Below the pieces are notes generated by a model, which was given only the letters and a program-made list of their open reading frames with translations, made no database searches and was not told the DNA's origin. Positions 17,593 through 28,343 of a DNA stretch of 53,722 nt are shown piece after piece. The first letter of the stretch is position 1; every line of letters begins with the position of its first letter. Source of the stretch: a virus (lineage: Duplodnaviria > Caudoviricetes); the IMG/VR virus record IMGVR_UViG_3300033148_003280, positions 1 through 53,722 of that record, one strand, 5' to 3'. A program made the translations under genes and the position numbers.

Positions 17593-18753
17593 CTATATCT
17601 CCTGTATCTTCAGCCATATTTTAGCAGTATCCGACCCGCCGGTCTCTGCTTTCATGCTGGCACTGATTCTCGTCCCAGCATTGAATATATGCTCCGTCCC
17701 CGATGGCGGTGTTACGCCAGCTTGCTTCGTGGCATTAATAATTACATCATCGTAAAAAGATGCCCCGCTGTCATGGCTGAATCGAATCCGATGTAACTGG
17801 CTGACATTTGGAATGACGAAGATGCTGACAATCCGAAATGGCTTAGTCGATGTAGCGGCAGCCCTTAACTCCGTATCCGCTCCCCACACATCGGGGTTGA
17901 CATGAGCGGCAATGGCCACGCCGTTGAAATCATCCGGCTCAATTGTCATCGGAAATTCGCCATAGATATTATCATAGATGTGGTCGCCCACTTCATCATC
18001 TATATTTACATCGTTTTTATGCAATGTGATGTTTTGTAAATGCTGTTCATTCCCCGCGTCCAAATCAAAACCAATCCCACATCCGCCAATATCTATATTC
18101 GTATATATATTGTCATCGCTGTCGGCATGAATAACCTGTATAGCCGTTAAGCAGTCGTGGAATCGTAATGTATCGAACCGACCACGGATGCAGTTATCAA
18201 CCAGCAGCCCCGTCATACGGGTTGGATGTCCCACGAAATCGCAATTCTCTACCTTCCCGTGTTTTACTGGCGCTCCGTCAATATGTAAGGCCGTAGCAGC
18301 CCCGCCTAAATCTTCGCCAACGAACATGCAATCCTTAACGCGGAATCCGCCGGGGGTAATAATAACGCCGTTGTTATTGCCGGTTCCGAGATTGAAATTC
18401 AACTTACTCAACATTATTCTGCCGGTGAATTTCATTATTGATGTCGCGGTCAAATGGGCGTTCTTAATCTTAGCCCATGAGCGACTCACGCCAGCAAGGA
18501 TATAATTGCCTGCCCACGTGGGATCGCCGGTCGTGTTAATATCATAATTTGTTGTATGCGGAGCAATCATAATCAGGGTGGCATCGTCGGCATCCACGCT
18601 CGCGGCATCAAGCGCATCCTGAATGGTGTTATATGCCGATGCCCATGTCCTGCCGTTAGTCCCTGAACCGTTAATAGAAACATAGAGCGTATTATTAACG
18701 GCCCTTCCCAGTGCTGCCGATCCGATCTCCTGTAATTCTTTAATGTAGCTCAT
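17593..18753 (-). CDS. Tailspike-like protein with pectin-lyase-type beta-helix
   Basis: LYVSINGSGTNGRTWASAYNTIQDALDAA N-cap followed by parallel beta-helix repeats; TAATG coupling. Confidence 0.7.
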   Translation of the reverse strand: MSYIKELQEIGSAALGRAVNNTLYVSINGSGTNGRTWASAYNTIQDALDAASVDADDATLIMIAPHTTNYDINTTGDPTWAGNYILAGVSRSWAKIKNAHLTATSIMKFTGRIMLSKLNFNLGTGNNNGVIITPGGFRVKDCMFVGEDLGGAATALHIDGAPVKHGKVENCDFVGHPTRMTGLLVDNCIRGRFDTLRFHDCLTAIQVIHADSDDNIYTNIDIGGCGIGFDLDAGNEQHLQNITLHKNDVNIDDEVGDHIYDNIYGEFPMTIEPDDFNGVAIAAHVNPDVWGADTELRAAATSTKPFRIVSIFVIPNVSQLHRIRFSHDSGASFYDDVIINATKQAGVTPPSGTEHIFNAGTRISASMKAETGGSDTAKIWLKIQEI

Positions 18754-19646
18754 TAGATAATTCTCCACCCTGCCCCTGTCGAATATATATGTATAGATGT
18801 ATCAGGTACAAGTGCTTGCGTCAACTCGCCTTCAATCGTTTCGGCACCGTTACCATCAACGGTTACGATTCCTACTGAGTCATTATCGATATATAAATCG
18901 TATCCCGTGTTGCCGACAGCGGTATAGAGCGTAACCGTTATTCCCCCGGCGGTGCATCGAATTATTTTATCAGCAGTAGTCGCATCCGTATTGATCGCGG
19001 TAACTCTGACACCGAACGGGCATTCGCAAGCGACTAACGTGGGCGATCCATACCAGACCATCACGGTTGTATCAACTTCAGAATCGTTATAAATATTTAC
19101 ATTCAAATCTCCGGCATCGATCGTCCAGTTATAAGTTATCCGTCCCGCAACACGCGCCATGCTTTGTAATACCGTAAATGCCGGACCCCCGGTTACGTTC
19201 TGTGCATTTACTACTACCATGAAATCGAGAGGGTCGTCGGTGACAGCGCCGCAGTTTATTATCGCCTGTTCTCCAACATCAACCGACGTGGGGCCGGACG
19301 ATGAAAGGGCCGTTGTATCTGCCCAGTCAGGAGTATCCGCATCGACCATCGTTAGGACTTGTCCCTCGGTTCCTTTTGCCAGCCTTGACCATAACGGCCC
19401 GGCTTGAGCGGTGATTATATCACCAAGCACCGCCGCCGCTGGATCAGTATCTTCATGTGTGGTTGATAAAATATCATGCAGGATACTATCAGGATCAGGT
19501 GTGGATGGGGGCCTGCCAATGTAACTATTGGCGTTGAATGTTGTTTCCTTTTTCTCATTGGCATCGATTAAATCAAGTGCAATGCGCGCCGTAGTTTTCG
19601 CCGGGGTCTTCATCTTGTTTCGATATGGCGCTTTATTCCGGGGCAT
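18753..19646 (-). CDS. Tail fibre-like protein
   Basis: GDII.A.....RLAKGTEGQVLT fibre motif; C-terminal TVTL..A...G....I...ETIEG...W.I domain. Confidence 0.7.
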   Translation of the reverse strand: MPRNKAPYRNKMKTPAKTTARIALDLIDANEKKETTFNANSYIGRPPSTPDPDSILHDILSTTHEDTDPAAAVLGDIITAQAGPLWSRLAKGTEGQVLTMVDADTPDWADTTALSSSGPTSVDVGEQAIINCGAVTDDPLDFMVVVNAQNVTGGPAFTVLQSMARVAGRITYNWTIDAGDLNVNIYNDSEVDTTVMVWYGSPTLVACECPFGVRVTAINTDATTADKIIRCTAGGITVTLYTAVGNTGYDLYIDNDSVGIVTVDGNGAETIEGELTQALVPDTSIHIYSTGAGWRII

Positions 19647-22237
19647 TATCTAAGCACCCCCGCACCGAATTCAGTCCCGGATATTCTCACTTGCGAATCG
19701 GTTATCTCGATCGCCTGTACCATGAATTGAAGTTCTTCGGGCCCACCCTCACGATAGTCATCCTCGACCGCTACAGTATCGAAAACCATAATCCGGGGAT
19801 CAAAATGCGAGGTTAAGGAAATGGTTCTGTAGAGCCTGATGTATTCCTGCAATAGAATGTATGCGCGGTCGAGTGCCTGAAATCCCGTGAACGTGATTCC
19901 TTCGTCATCCATTTTGGGCTGGTGCGTTACGTTAGTTAACTTCTTTACCAATTCGGGATAATAATCGAGAATGAAGTCGTGCATCACTCCGCTGCCACCA
20001 ATGAAGTGGCCACCATTACCCTCCACGAAAGCCGCCTTACGTCCCGGCCCGGTCGCACCCTGAATTCCTGGATATCTATCGACAAGCACGGCGGTCGTAT
20101 TATTTATCACATCCCACACTTCTGCCCAGCTTGAGAGATCGCCGGACACCGCAACCATATCGCCGGGGTCAAGCTCGGCATTGAATAAACTACCTACACC
20201 GTTTAATTCCCACGGCGGCCCCCCGGCAGTAAATGTTATATTTCCCGTAAGATTAATTACATCCGGCGGTGTCACATCCTGGATACAGGCCGTCACACAT
20301 ATCTTCTGGCTGCCGAATATCATTATTTCCCTGAATCCAATCGTGAGTTCCTTGCCACTTATCACCCAATTAAAAGGTCGGCAGTATAGGCGTATGTATC
20401 GAGCCGTCACAAGCCCCTGTACATCAAAGTCCGTCTGTGCATCCGCATCAAGTTCCACCTTATAAGTTTCAGGAGAGCAGATATTAAAATTGACCCCATC
20501 AACAGAATGATATATCGAAACGGCTTGCTTAGAATCGCCCTTCGTATACCGTTGCGGAATCGTATAAAGCGATATTTGTGACAGGTCGTAGACGGCCTGG
20601 AGATCAATTGTCACGAATTGATAGTATGTATTCCAGGCGGTTTCCTTGTCCGGGATAGTGGGATAGTTATAATGGCAAGCATATGCCTGATAAAATGAAG
20701 TATCATTCAAGCCATAAACAGCCGCCGGATTACAGAGATAATTTACCCCCCATTGAACACCGCAACCGGCTACCGATGGGCCGATAGACCACGGGCCGAA
20801 TCCATCAGGCGGAACCACGATCTCAATATCTGCCGCGATAGTTACCCCGGCCTTGGTTATTAAATTCTCCGACCTCGCGACCGTGCCTGTCGTCACAACT
20901 GCCGATGCGAAATCTTCACTTGTGGCCCGAATCGGGAGCTTTATAATCGGCCCAAGCTCGATAACATTTGAGTAATCTATTGCTACCTGATCGCCGCGAA
21001 CCTGATCGGTCATCGGGTCGTACCAGAGTTTATATCCTTTCGAGTCGGCATAATTCTCCTGCAGCCGCCGATATAGTTCTGCTACCGTCCCTTCGCACAA
21101 ATTCCATCTAATTACTGATAAGCTGATGCCCGCTGCCCTCAAGGTTGACTTGTAGGACGGCCCAGCACCACCTACAGGCCCCTCATACTTATAGAGAAGG
21201 GTAAGCGTCACATTATCAGTTACATAGGCTACAATGCCGTAAGATTCAGCAGGCGCCCCCTGTAAATGTATCCTGTCACCGTGGCTTAATTCTGTGGTGA
21301 AAAGTGTGCCGACGCCGGTGACCACCTTATTGCCAGCCGTAAAAGTAAGGGTTCCTGTTAGGTCTGTTGACAGATCAGTAAGCGGGGATGAATCGACATC
21401 AAATTCAAGACCGAGATCGGGACATGCAGCGGGATAAACCATCATTGCCTCGATAACATCGGCGAGTTCAAGCGTACCCTCGACATAAACTGATACTTCC
21501 ACGACCCGGAACTTATCCGGTGCGAGCTGCGGGTTGTGGAATCGAATCAGGCCATAAGGTGTATCGACAATATATTCGGACGCGAGTATGGGTTCCCATG
21601 GCCCGACACCGCCGGTCTGCTTTTCAATCTCAAATACCATCGGCACCCATGCGCGGCGTGCGGCTCCTACAACTGCCGCATTGTCATCAAAATATGCCCA
21701 ATCATATGGTGGGACATTATCGCGCTTTATCTCAAACGTATTCAAATCACCAGGGTCATCCCAATTATCAGCATGGTCAAGATTGACATTGTCATATGGC
21801 CCTTCAATACGCGCTGACATATCTATCTCGGCAAGCGCCGTCTGCATCTTATCAAGTGGGTCGCGGGCTTCAACCGATACTGATAAATCGCTACGTGCCG
21901 GGGTCTTCATCGTTCCCCTGAATATATATTCCTCTTCCAGTCCGGTCGGTGCATGGATGCTGCATTTCAATCGACAAGCGGAAAATAGTTGAACAGGATT
22001 ACCGCTGTCGAATTCATCCAAGTAAGTATAATCATCTATTGGTATACGGAAGGTGCCGGTGCCGATGACCGGGTTTCCATCGATGACGCTTAGTCCCCAG
22101 CCACCTTCCATCAGCGGAATTTCAACCCACGGGTCATCGTCCGCAGTCATGTATCCGTTGCGAGCCTCAAACGTGTATGAGCGGGATATTGGTTGCCCTG
22201 ATGTTATCAGTGCATCTATGTCTGCACTCCACGCCAT
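19646..22237 (-). CDS. Large tail tip/hub protein with discoidin (F5/8 type C)-like domain
   Basis: Follows the Dit-like gene; VTIDL...S.DG..F...ARYIRL...EI.IFG discoidin pattern; two G.GTLF..EL..GD inserts. Confidence 0.65.
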   Translation of the reverse strand: MAWSADIDALITSGQPISRSYTFEARNGYMTADDDPWVEIPLMEGGWGLSVIDGNPVIGTGTFRIPIDDYTYLDEFDSGNPVQLFSACRLKCSIHAPTGLEEEYIFRGTMKTPARSDLSVSVEARDPLDKMQTALAEIDMSARIEGPYDNVNLDHADNWDDPGDLNTFEIKRDNVPPYDWAYFDDNAAVVGAARRAWVPMVFEIEKQTGGVGPWEPILASEYIVDTPYGLIRFHNPQLAPDKFRVVEVSVYVEGTLELADVIEAMMVYPAACPDLGLEFDVDSSPLTDLSTDLTGTLTFTAGNKVVTGVGTLFTTELSHGDRIHLQGAPAESYGIVAYVTDNVTLTLLYKYEGPVGGAGPSYKSTLRAAGISLSVIRWNLCEGTVAELYRRLQENYADSKGYKLWYDPMTDQVRGDQVAIDYSNVIELGPIIKLPIRATSEDFASAVVTTGTVARSENLITKAGVTIAADIEIVVPPDGFGPWSIGPSVAGCGVQWGVNYLCNPAAVYGLNDTSFYQAYACHYNYPTIPDKETAWNTYYQFVTIDLQAVYDLSQISLYTIPQRYTKGDSKQAVSIYHSVDGVNFNICSPETYKVELDADAQTDFDVQGLVTARYIRLYCRPFNWVISGKELTIGFREIMIFGSQKICVTACIQDVTPPDVINLTGNITFTAGGPPWELNGVGSLFNAELDPGDMVAVSGDLSSWAEVWDVINNTTAVLVDRYPGIQGATGPGRKAAFVEGNGGHFIGGSGVMHDFILDYYPELVKKLTNVTHQPKMDDEGITFTGFQALDRAYILLQEYIRLYRTISLTSHFDPRIMVFDTVAVEDDYREGGPEELQFMVQAIEITDSQVRISGTEFGAGVLR

Positions 22238-22776
22238 TAGAACCTCTCAAACCAGTTCGCAGTTGTGATATCGTCAATGTCCGTAAATTCCCCATCCTTC
22301 ATTATGACGAAGTTGAAGCTGAATACCTTCGCCGGTTTTATGCGTGCGAAATGGGTTCTGTGATCCGTCACCGTGATAACTTGCCCCGCTAATGCTTTAT
22401 CGAACCCAGCCCTTGGAGCGAAGTAGCAGAGCAATGCTTTTTTCGCGCCGTCCACTATGTTCTGTTGAAAAATACAGATCGGTGTATGGTTGAGATAATG
22501 AACGTATAATACCGGGGCGATGTATCTGAAACCACCAAGGTAAACCGTTCCGGATTTAAGATCAACGTGCGTTGATAGCAATGAGAGGCTTGCGGTAATA
22601 GGTAACTGAAGCTGGTTATCAGATACAATAAGCGGCATCCCGTTCCGCGCCGCTTGCACCACGGTATTATTCCCCATATCGACATTGACCTCGGCCATGG
22701 TGGGGTCGAAGTACGTGCCGGCAACCGTGGGTTCCCCGGCTCCATCCAATGTCAAATATGTATATAAGCGTAACAT
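22237..22776 (-). CDS. Distal tail (Dit-like) protein
   Basis: Position right after the tape measure and size only. Confidence 0.45.
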   Translation of the reverse strand: MLRLYTYLTLDGAGEPTVAGTYFDPTMAEVNVDMGNNTVVQAARNGMPLIVSDNQLQLPITASLSLLSTHVDLKSGTVYLGGFRYIAPVLYVHYLNHTPICIFQQNIVDGAKKALLCYFAPRAGFDKALAGQVITVTDHRTHFARIKPAKVFSFNFVIMKDGEFTDIDDITTANWFERF

Positions 22777-22784
22777 TTTACTTA

Positions 22785-25100
22785 TTAGGCATCGAAATGC
22801 TCTCCCCTAAGATATCCCTGGGCCGTTCGACCATGCGGATCGACATCATATGCACCGCTCCGTCCTGAATACACGAAGCTAACCGGTAATGTTGCACCGA
22901 ACTGGAAGAACTGCTCCCAGTTTGAAATATGCGCGCTTACGAATACCGGAGAACTTTCATCTTCGCCACGGCCACCGCCGCCGAATAAGCCACCGGCTAA
23001 ACTGAATAAGCCACTCACGATGCCGCCGCCGAGCGCACCCATTATAGAACCGAATAATCCGCCGCCACCAATGGATTCCTTTATCATGCCGGATATATCC
23101 GTGCTGATCGCATTGCCTATCATGGAAAATATATTTGAAAGGGCGCTCGCTATATCGCCTGAGACTATTGATTTACCGAGCATCCTGGCTGCGCCAAGCA
23201 GTGTTTTCTCAATATCTGTGAATGCCTTTTCGATTGTCTTTTCGGTTTTGTCGTTCTCCTTTAGATATCTTCGTCTTTCGGTAGCCAAATCACCGAACGG
23301 GGACGTACCGCCTCGCTCGCCACCAATTTTATCACTCATCGCTTTTGATAAGCGCCATGATGCACCACCTGTCCCTGCTTCCATCTTGGCAAATGCTGAT
23401 TGCACTATTTCGGGCATGCTCGAAAAAGCATCACGCATTGCATCTTCAACTCTTTCCATTACCCGGTTAATCCCTTTTTCCATCCTTGCAAATTCAAGCA
23501 ATATGCCCGTAACCATCTCGGGAATAATGGAATGGCCGATCAATTTATCTTTCAGCCATTCAAACGGCTTCACAATGCCGCGCGCTAATTCCCCGGCCTT
23601 GTTTTTTATCTTTTCAACTTGCAGGGCAAAATACGAAACTATGGAATCCCAGAGTTCAACCCAATCTTCATATATGGCTTCCCATATTCCGCTTATTGCT
23701 ATACCGAGTTCTATGACATAGCGCTCTATTTGCAACCATGCGCCGCGCCAACTTTCCGTGAATTCACTCCAATGAGTTATAATCCATGTCAAGCCGCCTA
23801 TGATGGCAAGGATTCCGGCTCCAACCGCGCCGATCACCCCCACGATTGCTGCGACCGCCGTTAAGATACTACTGAGTACAACAAGGAAGGGTCCGGCCAG
23901 TGCTATTATCGCAGTCCACTTTAAAATATTCTGCTGCGTTGCAGAATCTAAGTCAGTGAATTGTTTTACAAGCTCAATGATCTTATCAAGCAAGGGCATA
24001 ATTGCTTCATCGAGAAGTTCCGTTAATGCTGGAGTCAGCGTATCTCCTATGCGGATCGCAATCGTTGTGAGCTTTGCCTTAAATACATCCCATTGGAATC
24101 CGACAGCATTCAATCCTTTTGTCTGTTCATCGAGTGCTTCCATGGTTGTTCCAGATGCATCTTTCATTTCCCTCAATTTTTGGTTAAATGTTTCCGCCTG
24201 CGGACCTAATAAAGTAAGAACCGCAAGCACAGCTTCTTTTCTGCCAAACAATTCAGCCAATGCATCATTTGATCCATCCGTAGTGTCCACAAGCGCTTGA
24301 AGCGCACCTACGAAGCCGCGTTCGGCAAACAATGTTTCTATTGTTACGTCTTCTAATTTATGAAGAGCGTTTTTCATTGCAGCGGATTTTTTTATGACTC
24401 CGGTTAATGCCGATGCAAACTGAGTAGCCACTTCCGTTGTGTTACCTGTTACCCCTGTGAGTGTAGCCATGACGGCCATAGTTTCTTCGATACCAATATT
24501 CAATGCACCTGTCAATGGCACGACTTGGCCCAGCGATGCAGCTAATTCCGGGAAGGTTGTTTGACCCAATCGAACCGTCAAAAGCGAAAGGTCTGAAACC
24601 TTTTGCATCGCCTCAAATGAAGTATCGCCATATGCCTTTGTAACCCCTGATGTTAATTTGATTGCTTCTTTTAATGTGGCCTGTCCGGCCTTAGCCATTT
24701 GCGCCATCAGCGTCATGTTCTTCATCGTATCTGTTGAATCACCAAATGCTGATATCATTTCATACAATCCGTCGGTTAGCATTCCGGGTTGTTCACCGAT
24801 AGAAACGGCAAGGTCTAAGACAGCATCTTTCAATTCAAGCATCCGTTCGGTATTCCCAGGCATCAGAGATGCGACATTTGCCATCCCCTTATTGAATTTC
24901 ATGGAGGCATTTATCGCTGCGGTTCCTATTGCAACTATTGGAAGCGTGAGGTTTTTCGTGAGGCTCTTTCCAACCTTCCCGACCCGCTTGCCATACTCCT
25001 CCATCTTTTTAGATGCCTTTTCGACATTCTGAGTATAGCCCCTGAGGTCGGCAAGGAACTTGACCGAAACATCATATGTATTTCCAAGGCCTAATACCAC
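22785..25100 (-). CDS. Tail tape measure protein (TP901 family)
   Basis: GKSLTKNLTLPIVAIG, F..GMANV.., LYEMISA and G.TTFPELA core, with W-spaced repeats and IGHSIIPEMV. Confidence 0.92.
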   Translation of the reverse strand: MVLGLGNTYDVSVKFLADLRGYTQNVEKASKKMEEYGKRVGKVGKSLTKNLTLPIVAIGTAAINASMKFNKGMANVASLMPGNTERMLELKDAVLDLAVSIGEQPGMLTDGLYEMISAFGDSTDTMKNMTLMAQMAKAGQATLKEAIKLTSGVTKAYGDTSFEAMQKVSDLSLLTVRLGQTTFPELAASLGQVVPLTGALNIGIEETMAVMATLTGVTGNTTEVATQFASALTGVIKKSAAMKNALHKLEDVTIETLFAERGFVGALQALVDTTDGSNDALAELFGRKEAVLAVLTLLGPQAETFNQKLREMKDASGTTMEALDEQTKGLNAVGFQWDVFKAKLTTIAIRIGDTLTPALTELLDEAIMPLLDKIIELVKQFTDLDSATQQNILKWTAIIALAGPFLVVLSSILTAVAAIVGVIGAVGAGILAIIGGLTWIITHWSEFTESWRGAWLQIERYVIELGIAISGIWEAIYEDWVELWDSIVSYFALQVEKIKNKAGELARGIVKPFEWLKDKLIGHSIIPEMVTGILLEFARMEKGINRVMERVEDAMRDAFSSMPEIVQSAFAKMEAGTGGASWRLSKAMSDKIGGERGGTSPFGDLATERRRYLKENDKTEKTIEKAFTDIEKTLLGAARMLGKSIVSGDIASALSNIFSMIGNAISTDISGMIKESIGGGGLFGSIMGALGGGIVSGLFSLAGGLFGGGGRGEDESSPVFVSAHISNWEQFFQFGATLPVSFVYSGRSGAYDVDPHGRTAQGYLRGEHFDA

Positions 25101-25426
25101 TAATCAATCACCAAGTCGTTATACTTCTTAATCATTCCCCGCATCTCTAACCGCGCCTCCTGAAGTAACCGCTGCGAATCTTTTGGGTCAATGAATGGAT
25201 TGGAACTTATCCCCTCGATGCGACGTTCGATCCGTTCTAATTGAATCGCAAGGATCGCCGCATCTAAACGAACGATTAGTTCTCCAAGGCTCCATCGCCT
25301 GATGCTATCGGTGCTGTGTCCGCGCCCGACGAGGATGGTTTCGGTAAAAGCCCATCCACCAATCCCACTGTTTTCTCGTCCCTTTTCAGCGGCTCGATTA
25401 TGGCGGAGGCGCGCGAGATAAAATCC
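25100..25426 (-). CDS. Frameshift (gpT-like) extension of the tail assembly chaperone
   Basis: The -1 frame is open from just before G GAT TTT (25426-25420) to a TAG at 25100-25102 that overlaps the TMP GTG. It encodes LVGRGHSTDSIRRWSLGEL. Confidence 0.65.
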   Translation of the reverse strand, partial: GFYLARLRHNRAAEKGRENSGIGGWAFTETILVGRGHSTDSIRRWSLGELIVRLDAAILAIQLERIERRIEGISSNPFIDPKDSQRLLQEARLEMRGMIKKYNDLVID

Positions 25427-25845
25427 ATTAGTCTTTCACCGAAATTACGCTTGATAATCTCAGTGAGAACTTCGAGGGTGACAAGGTAATCAAGTCCCTT
25501 GATATCATCGAGCTTGATATCAGTTCCGCATTCGATGAACCACGGCAAGAAACTCAGGAGCTTATCGCGCAAGTTCGTAATCACTTCGTTCGTGAATACG
25601 TTTGCCTGATCGAAGTCCTCGACGGATTCCAACGCCGCTCCCATTTCCTTTGCCTTGAATGCACCATAGATCGCGCCATGGGTAAGCTGCGAAATAACCT
25701 CGGTTGCATTCTCAAGGTCTTGGAAAGAAATAGCCCGGATGTTGAGCTTCAGCTCTGTACCATCCGGGCGCTCGATAATTATCGGGTAAGGTTTCGGCGA
25801 TGTAATACGCCGAACTTCATTTTCCAGTCCTTCTCTTTCGTTCAT
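25276..25845 (-). CDS. Tail assembly chaperone (gpG-like)
   Basis: Lies between the tail tube and TMP genes; GGAGGAG RBS. Confidence 0.75.
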   Translation of the reverse strand: MNEREGLENEVRRITSPKPYPIIIERPDGTELKLNIRAISFQDLENATEVISQLTHGAIYGAFKAKEMGAALESVEDFDQANVFTNEVITNLRDKLLSFLPWFIECGTDIKLDDIKGLDYLVTLEVLTEIIKRNFGERLMDFISRASAIIEPLKRDEKTVGLVDGLLPKPSSSGADTAPIASGDGALEN

Positions 25846-25868
25846 TTTTTCTCCTCCGATTTTAACTA

Positions 25869-27104
25869 TTAACTCTCTACATCCTCACAGCCCGGCCCGT
25901 TTGCCCAATCAGTTATCGCGGCAAGGTTGCTAAGATCGTAATCCTCAAGATGCCGGTTATACAGTGTGATTTTCCCGTGGTTGAGCTTATGTTCGGATAC
26001 CAGGACATCCCACGTAAACTCAAACCCGTTCTCGAATGTCAGCGTGGACAGATCCAATGACCAACCGGAAGATGCCAGCACCTTCCAGAGTTCGATCTCA
26101 AACCCTCGCGGTCTGATATCAGCCCTGTCATCGTTCTTAAGTGCGATGAGCACGAGATGCATGTAGGGCGGCAATGTTTCAGACGGCCCAATCGACATTG
26201 ACACATATGGGTTTGTCCTATACGCATAAGTGATTGTCACTACTTCTCCATAGCCGATGTCGCTATCCGTCGGAATGCAGACAATGCCACAAGAAGTATC
26301 AATCGAGAAATCATCAGTAATGGTGAACTCGGTGCCTTCGGCATCCTTAACCGTAAACGATCCGGTTGCATCGCCAGGATAGGCATCGCCGGTTCTCGGC
26401 ATATCATCGATTACAACTGCGAAATCATCGCCAACCGGATCGGCTGCGATAGTCAATAATAGAGTCGCGTTAGCGCGTACCTCCCCATCATCATATGCAT
26501 AAATCTTGTATGAATCCGGGGTTACTCCCGCTGGCGGCGTAATCGTCAAGGTGACTACCTCTCCGAGTACCACGTTGACTTCAGGGGACTCAGTATAAGC
26601 GCTCTCGGTTATCCCGTACGTGCAGGTTACTACAAAGTAATAACCGTCCGTAGGGATGGTCCCTCCGACACCGCCTGCTACGCCTGCAACCCCATCAGGG
26701 CCAGGCAGGGCATCGGTTGAGTGGAATCCAGCCTTATGTACGAGCTTGAAGCACCGGCCCGGATAGGCGGGGTAATCCTCGACCGCTGTTTTGATAGTGC
26801 AGTTATCTTGCTGGACAGGGACACCGCAGTTTTTCATGTGGAGGTAAGCGGTACTGGGGTCGAGCGCCTCTACCATCTTGCCCTTGATCTGATAACCGCA
26901 AAACGTAGGCTGCCCCTCGGAATTTACCATCTGTCCGTTGATGACATCCGTTGCAAAAACATTCGCCGGGTCGAGCTTGTCGAGTACGATGTTATCGACT
27001 TTCCCGAAAATCACGAGGTGGTCTGTTACCTCATTCATCAACGCCATAATGCATGGCCCGATATGTCTGGACTCTGGATGTGATGCGTAATTCGTATCAC
27101 TCAT
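25869..27104 (-). CDS. Major tail tube protein with Ig/FN3-like insertion
   Basis: Synteny; central YYFVVTC...ES...V.LT...SYKIY insert; no sheath gene nearby. Confidence 0.65.
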   Translation of the reverse strand: MSDTNYASHPESRHIGPCIMALMNEVTDHLVIFGKVDNIVLDKLDPANVFATDVINGQMVNSEGQPTFCGYQIKGKMVEALDPSTAYLHMKNCGVPVQQDNCTIKTAVEDYPAYPGRCFKLVHKAGFHSTDALPGPDGVAGVAGGVGGTIPTDGYYFVVTCTYGITESAYTESPEVNVVLGEVVTLTITPPAGVTPDSYKIYAYDDGEVRANATLLLTIAADPVGDDFAVVIDDMPRTGDAYPGDATGSFTVKDAEGTEFTITDDFSIDTSCGIVCIPTDSDIGYGEVVTITYAYRTNPYVSMSIGPSETLPPYMHLVLIALKNDDRADIRPRGFEIELWKVLASSGWSLDLSTLTFENGFEFTWDVLVSEHKLNHGKITLYNRHLEDYDLSNLAAITDWANGPGCEDVES

Positions 27105-27759
27105 TATTATCACCTTCTTCCTTTATTTCATCTACAATCGGTTCTGCCGTTTTCAGATATGCTTCATAATCGGCAAGCAATCTTTCAGCCAGCTTCACAC
27201 CGATACCGGGAAGTTCGTCCAATTCCTCGACTGTACGCCCGCGAAGATTGCTGATATTGACGATATTGGCGCGGACTAACGATGCCTTGGCTATCGGACT
27301 CAAGTATTCAAGATTCGTAATTAAGGACTCGCTGACTTCATGTGTGGTTTCGGGCGCCACGGATTCCGCTTCAACCTCAGGCTCGGATTTCGGTACGGGA
27401 TCCGCTTCGATCTTACGCTTGGCCTTCGCGGATTCGCGTTCATGCTTTTCGATAATCCCCGCTTCGCGCCCGCGTTGAGCGCCCTTGAAACTTCGGGCAA
27501 CACCGCTCAACCGCTTATCGAATCCGCGCGGGTCTTGCGGAATCGGCTTCACTGATTTTGACAAAGCGGGCAAGCTAAATAACGCAATCTCCTCGTCGGT
27601 CGGCGCGTTTATCACTCCCCTGCTAAAGACTATCCCGACCTTTCCTGTCCCCTCCATGCGAGAGCCGACCTTCCCATGCGGGTAACAGGCAAGGGTATCA
27701 TCGCCTTCATTAACAACGGCGATAATCACTTTTAATACTCGATAAGGCTTGTAACTCAT
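27097..27759 (-). CDS. Protein with C-terminal HhH / RNAP alpha-CTD-like domain
   Basis: ITNLEYLSPIAKASLVRANIVNISNL...EELDELPGIGVKLAERL. Confidence 0.7.
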   Translation of the reverse strand: MSYKPYRVLKVIIAVVNEGDDTLACYPHGKVGSRMEGTGKVGIVFSRGVINAPTDEEIALFSLPALSKSVKPIPQDPRGFDKRLSGVARSFKGAQRGREAGIIEKHERESAKAKRKIEADPVPKSEPEVEAESVAPETTHEVSESLITNLEYLSPIAKASLVRANIVNISNLRGRTVEELDELPGIGVKLAERLLADYEAYLKTAEPIVDEIKEEGDNNE

Positions 27760-28343
27760 CGGTTTATATCCTCCCGGAACGCTATTTCAAAAGCGAACTT
27801 CGCTCCTAATATGAAATGCCTCATGATGTCTCGGTCTACCATGAAGTCTGAAAAACCTAACCATTGAATTGAATCAACTATCCCGCCTAAACTATTGATG
27901 ACACCGAGCGCTTTATCGTGCAAAATGATTGAGCGGATAGCATCCTGAATTTCAAAGAGTTCGCGTTGTGCCATCTTGAAGTTTACGCGGTTGACATAGA
28001 GTTCATAGGCTAATCGACCGATAAAGCATTCGGAATCACTCAGCCCGGGGTTGGGAATCGCGGTATCAATACCGAAGTAAATAGCGGGGTAACGGTCAGG
28101 ATACTCCATGCTCGTGGGTAAGTAATCATCAACGTGAGTGGCCGTCAAAACGTTGAGGTCTTCAATGGACGGGTAACGCTCTTTCCAGTCGGCCCGGTGC
28201 TTAATGTTATCGGGGTCTACAGGTACCGCCGGATCTGCGGGGTCTGCGGGATCATGAGCGATTGATTGAACCACAATATTGATGTTATCGCTTACGTGCT
28301 CAATGATATGATTGTAAACTGATTTTCGTACCTCGACTATCAT
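27756..28343 (-). CDS. Tail terminator/completion protein
   Basis: Synteny; YPAIYF and I..D..LG motifs. Confidence 0.5.
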   Translation of the reverse strand: MIVEVRKSVYNHIIEHVSDNINIVVQSIAHDPADPADPAVPVDPDNIKHRADWKERYPSIEDLNVLTATHVDDYLPTSMEYPDRYPAIYFGIDTAIPNPGLSDSECFIGRLAYELYVNRVNFKMAQRELFEIQDAIRSIILHDKALGVINSLGGIVDSIQWLGFSDFMVDRDIMRHFILGAKFAFEIAFREDINR

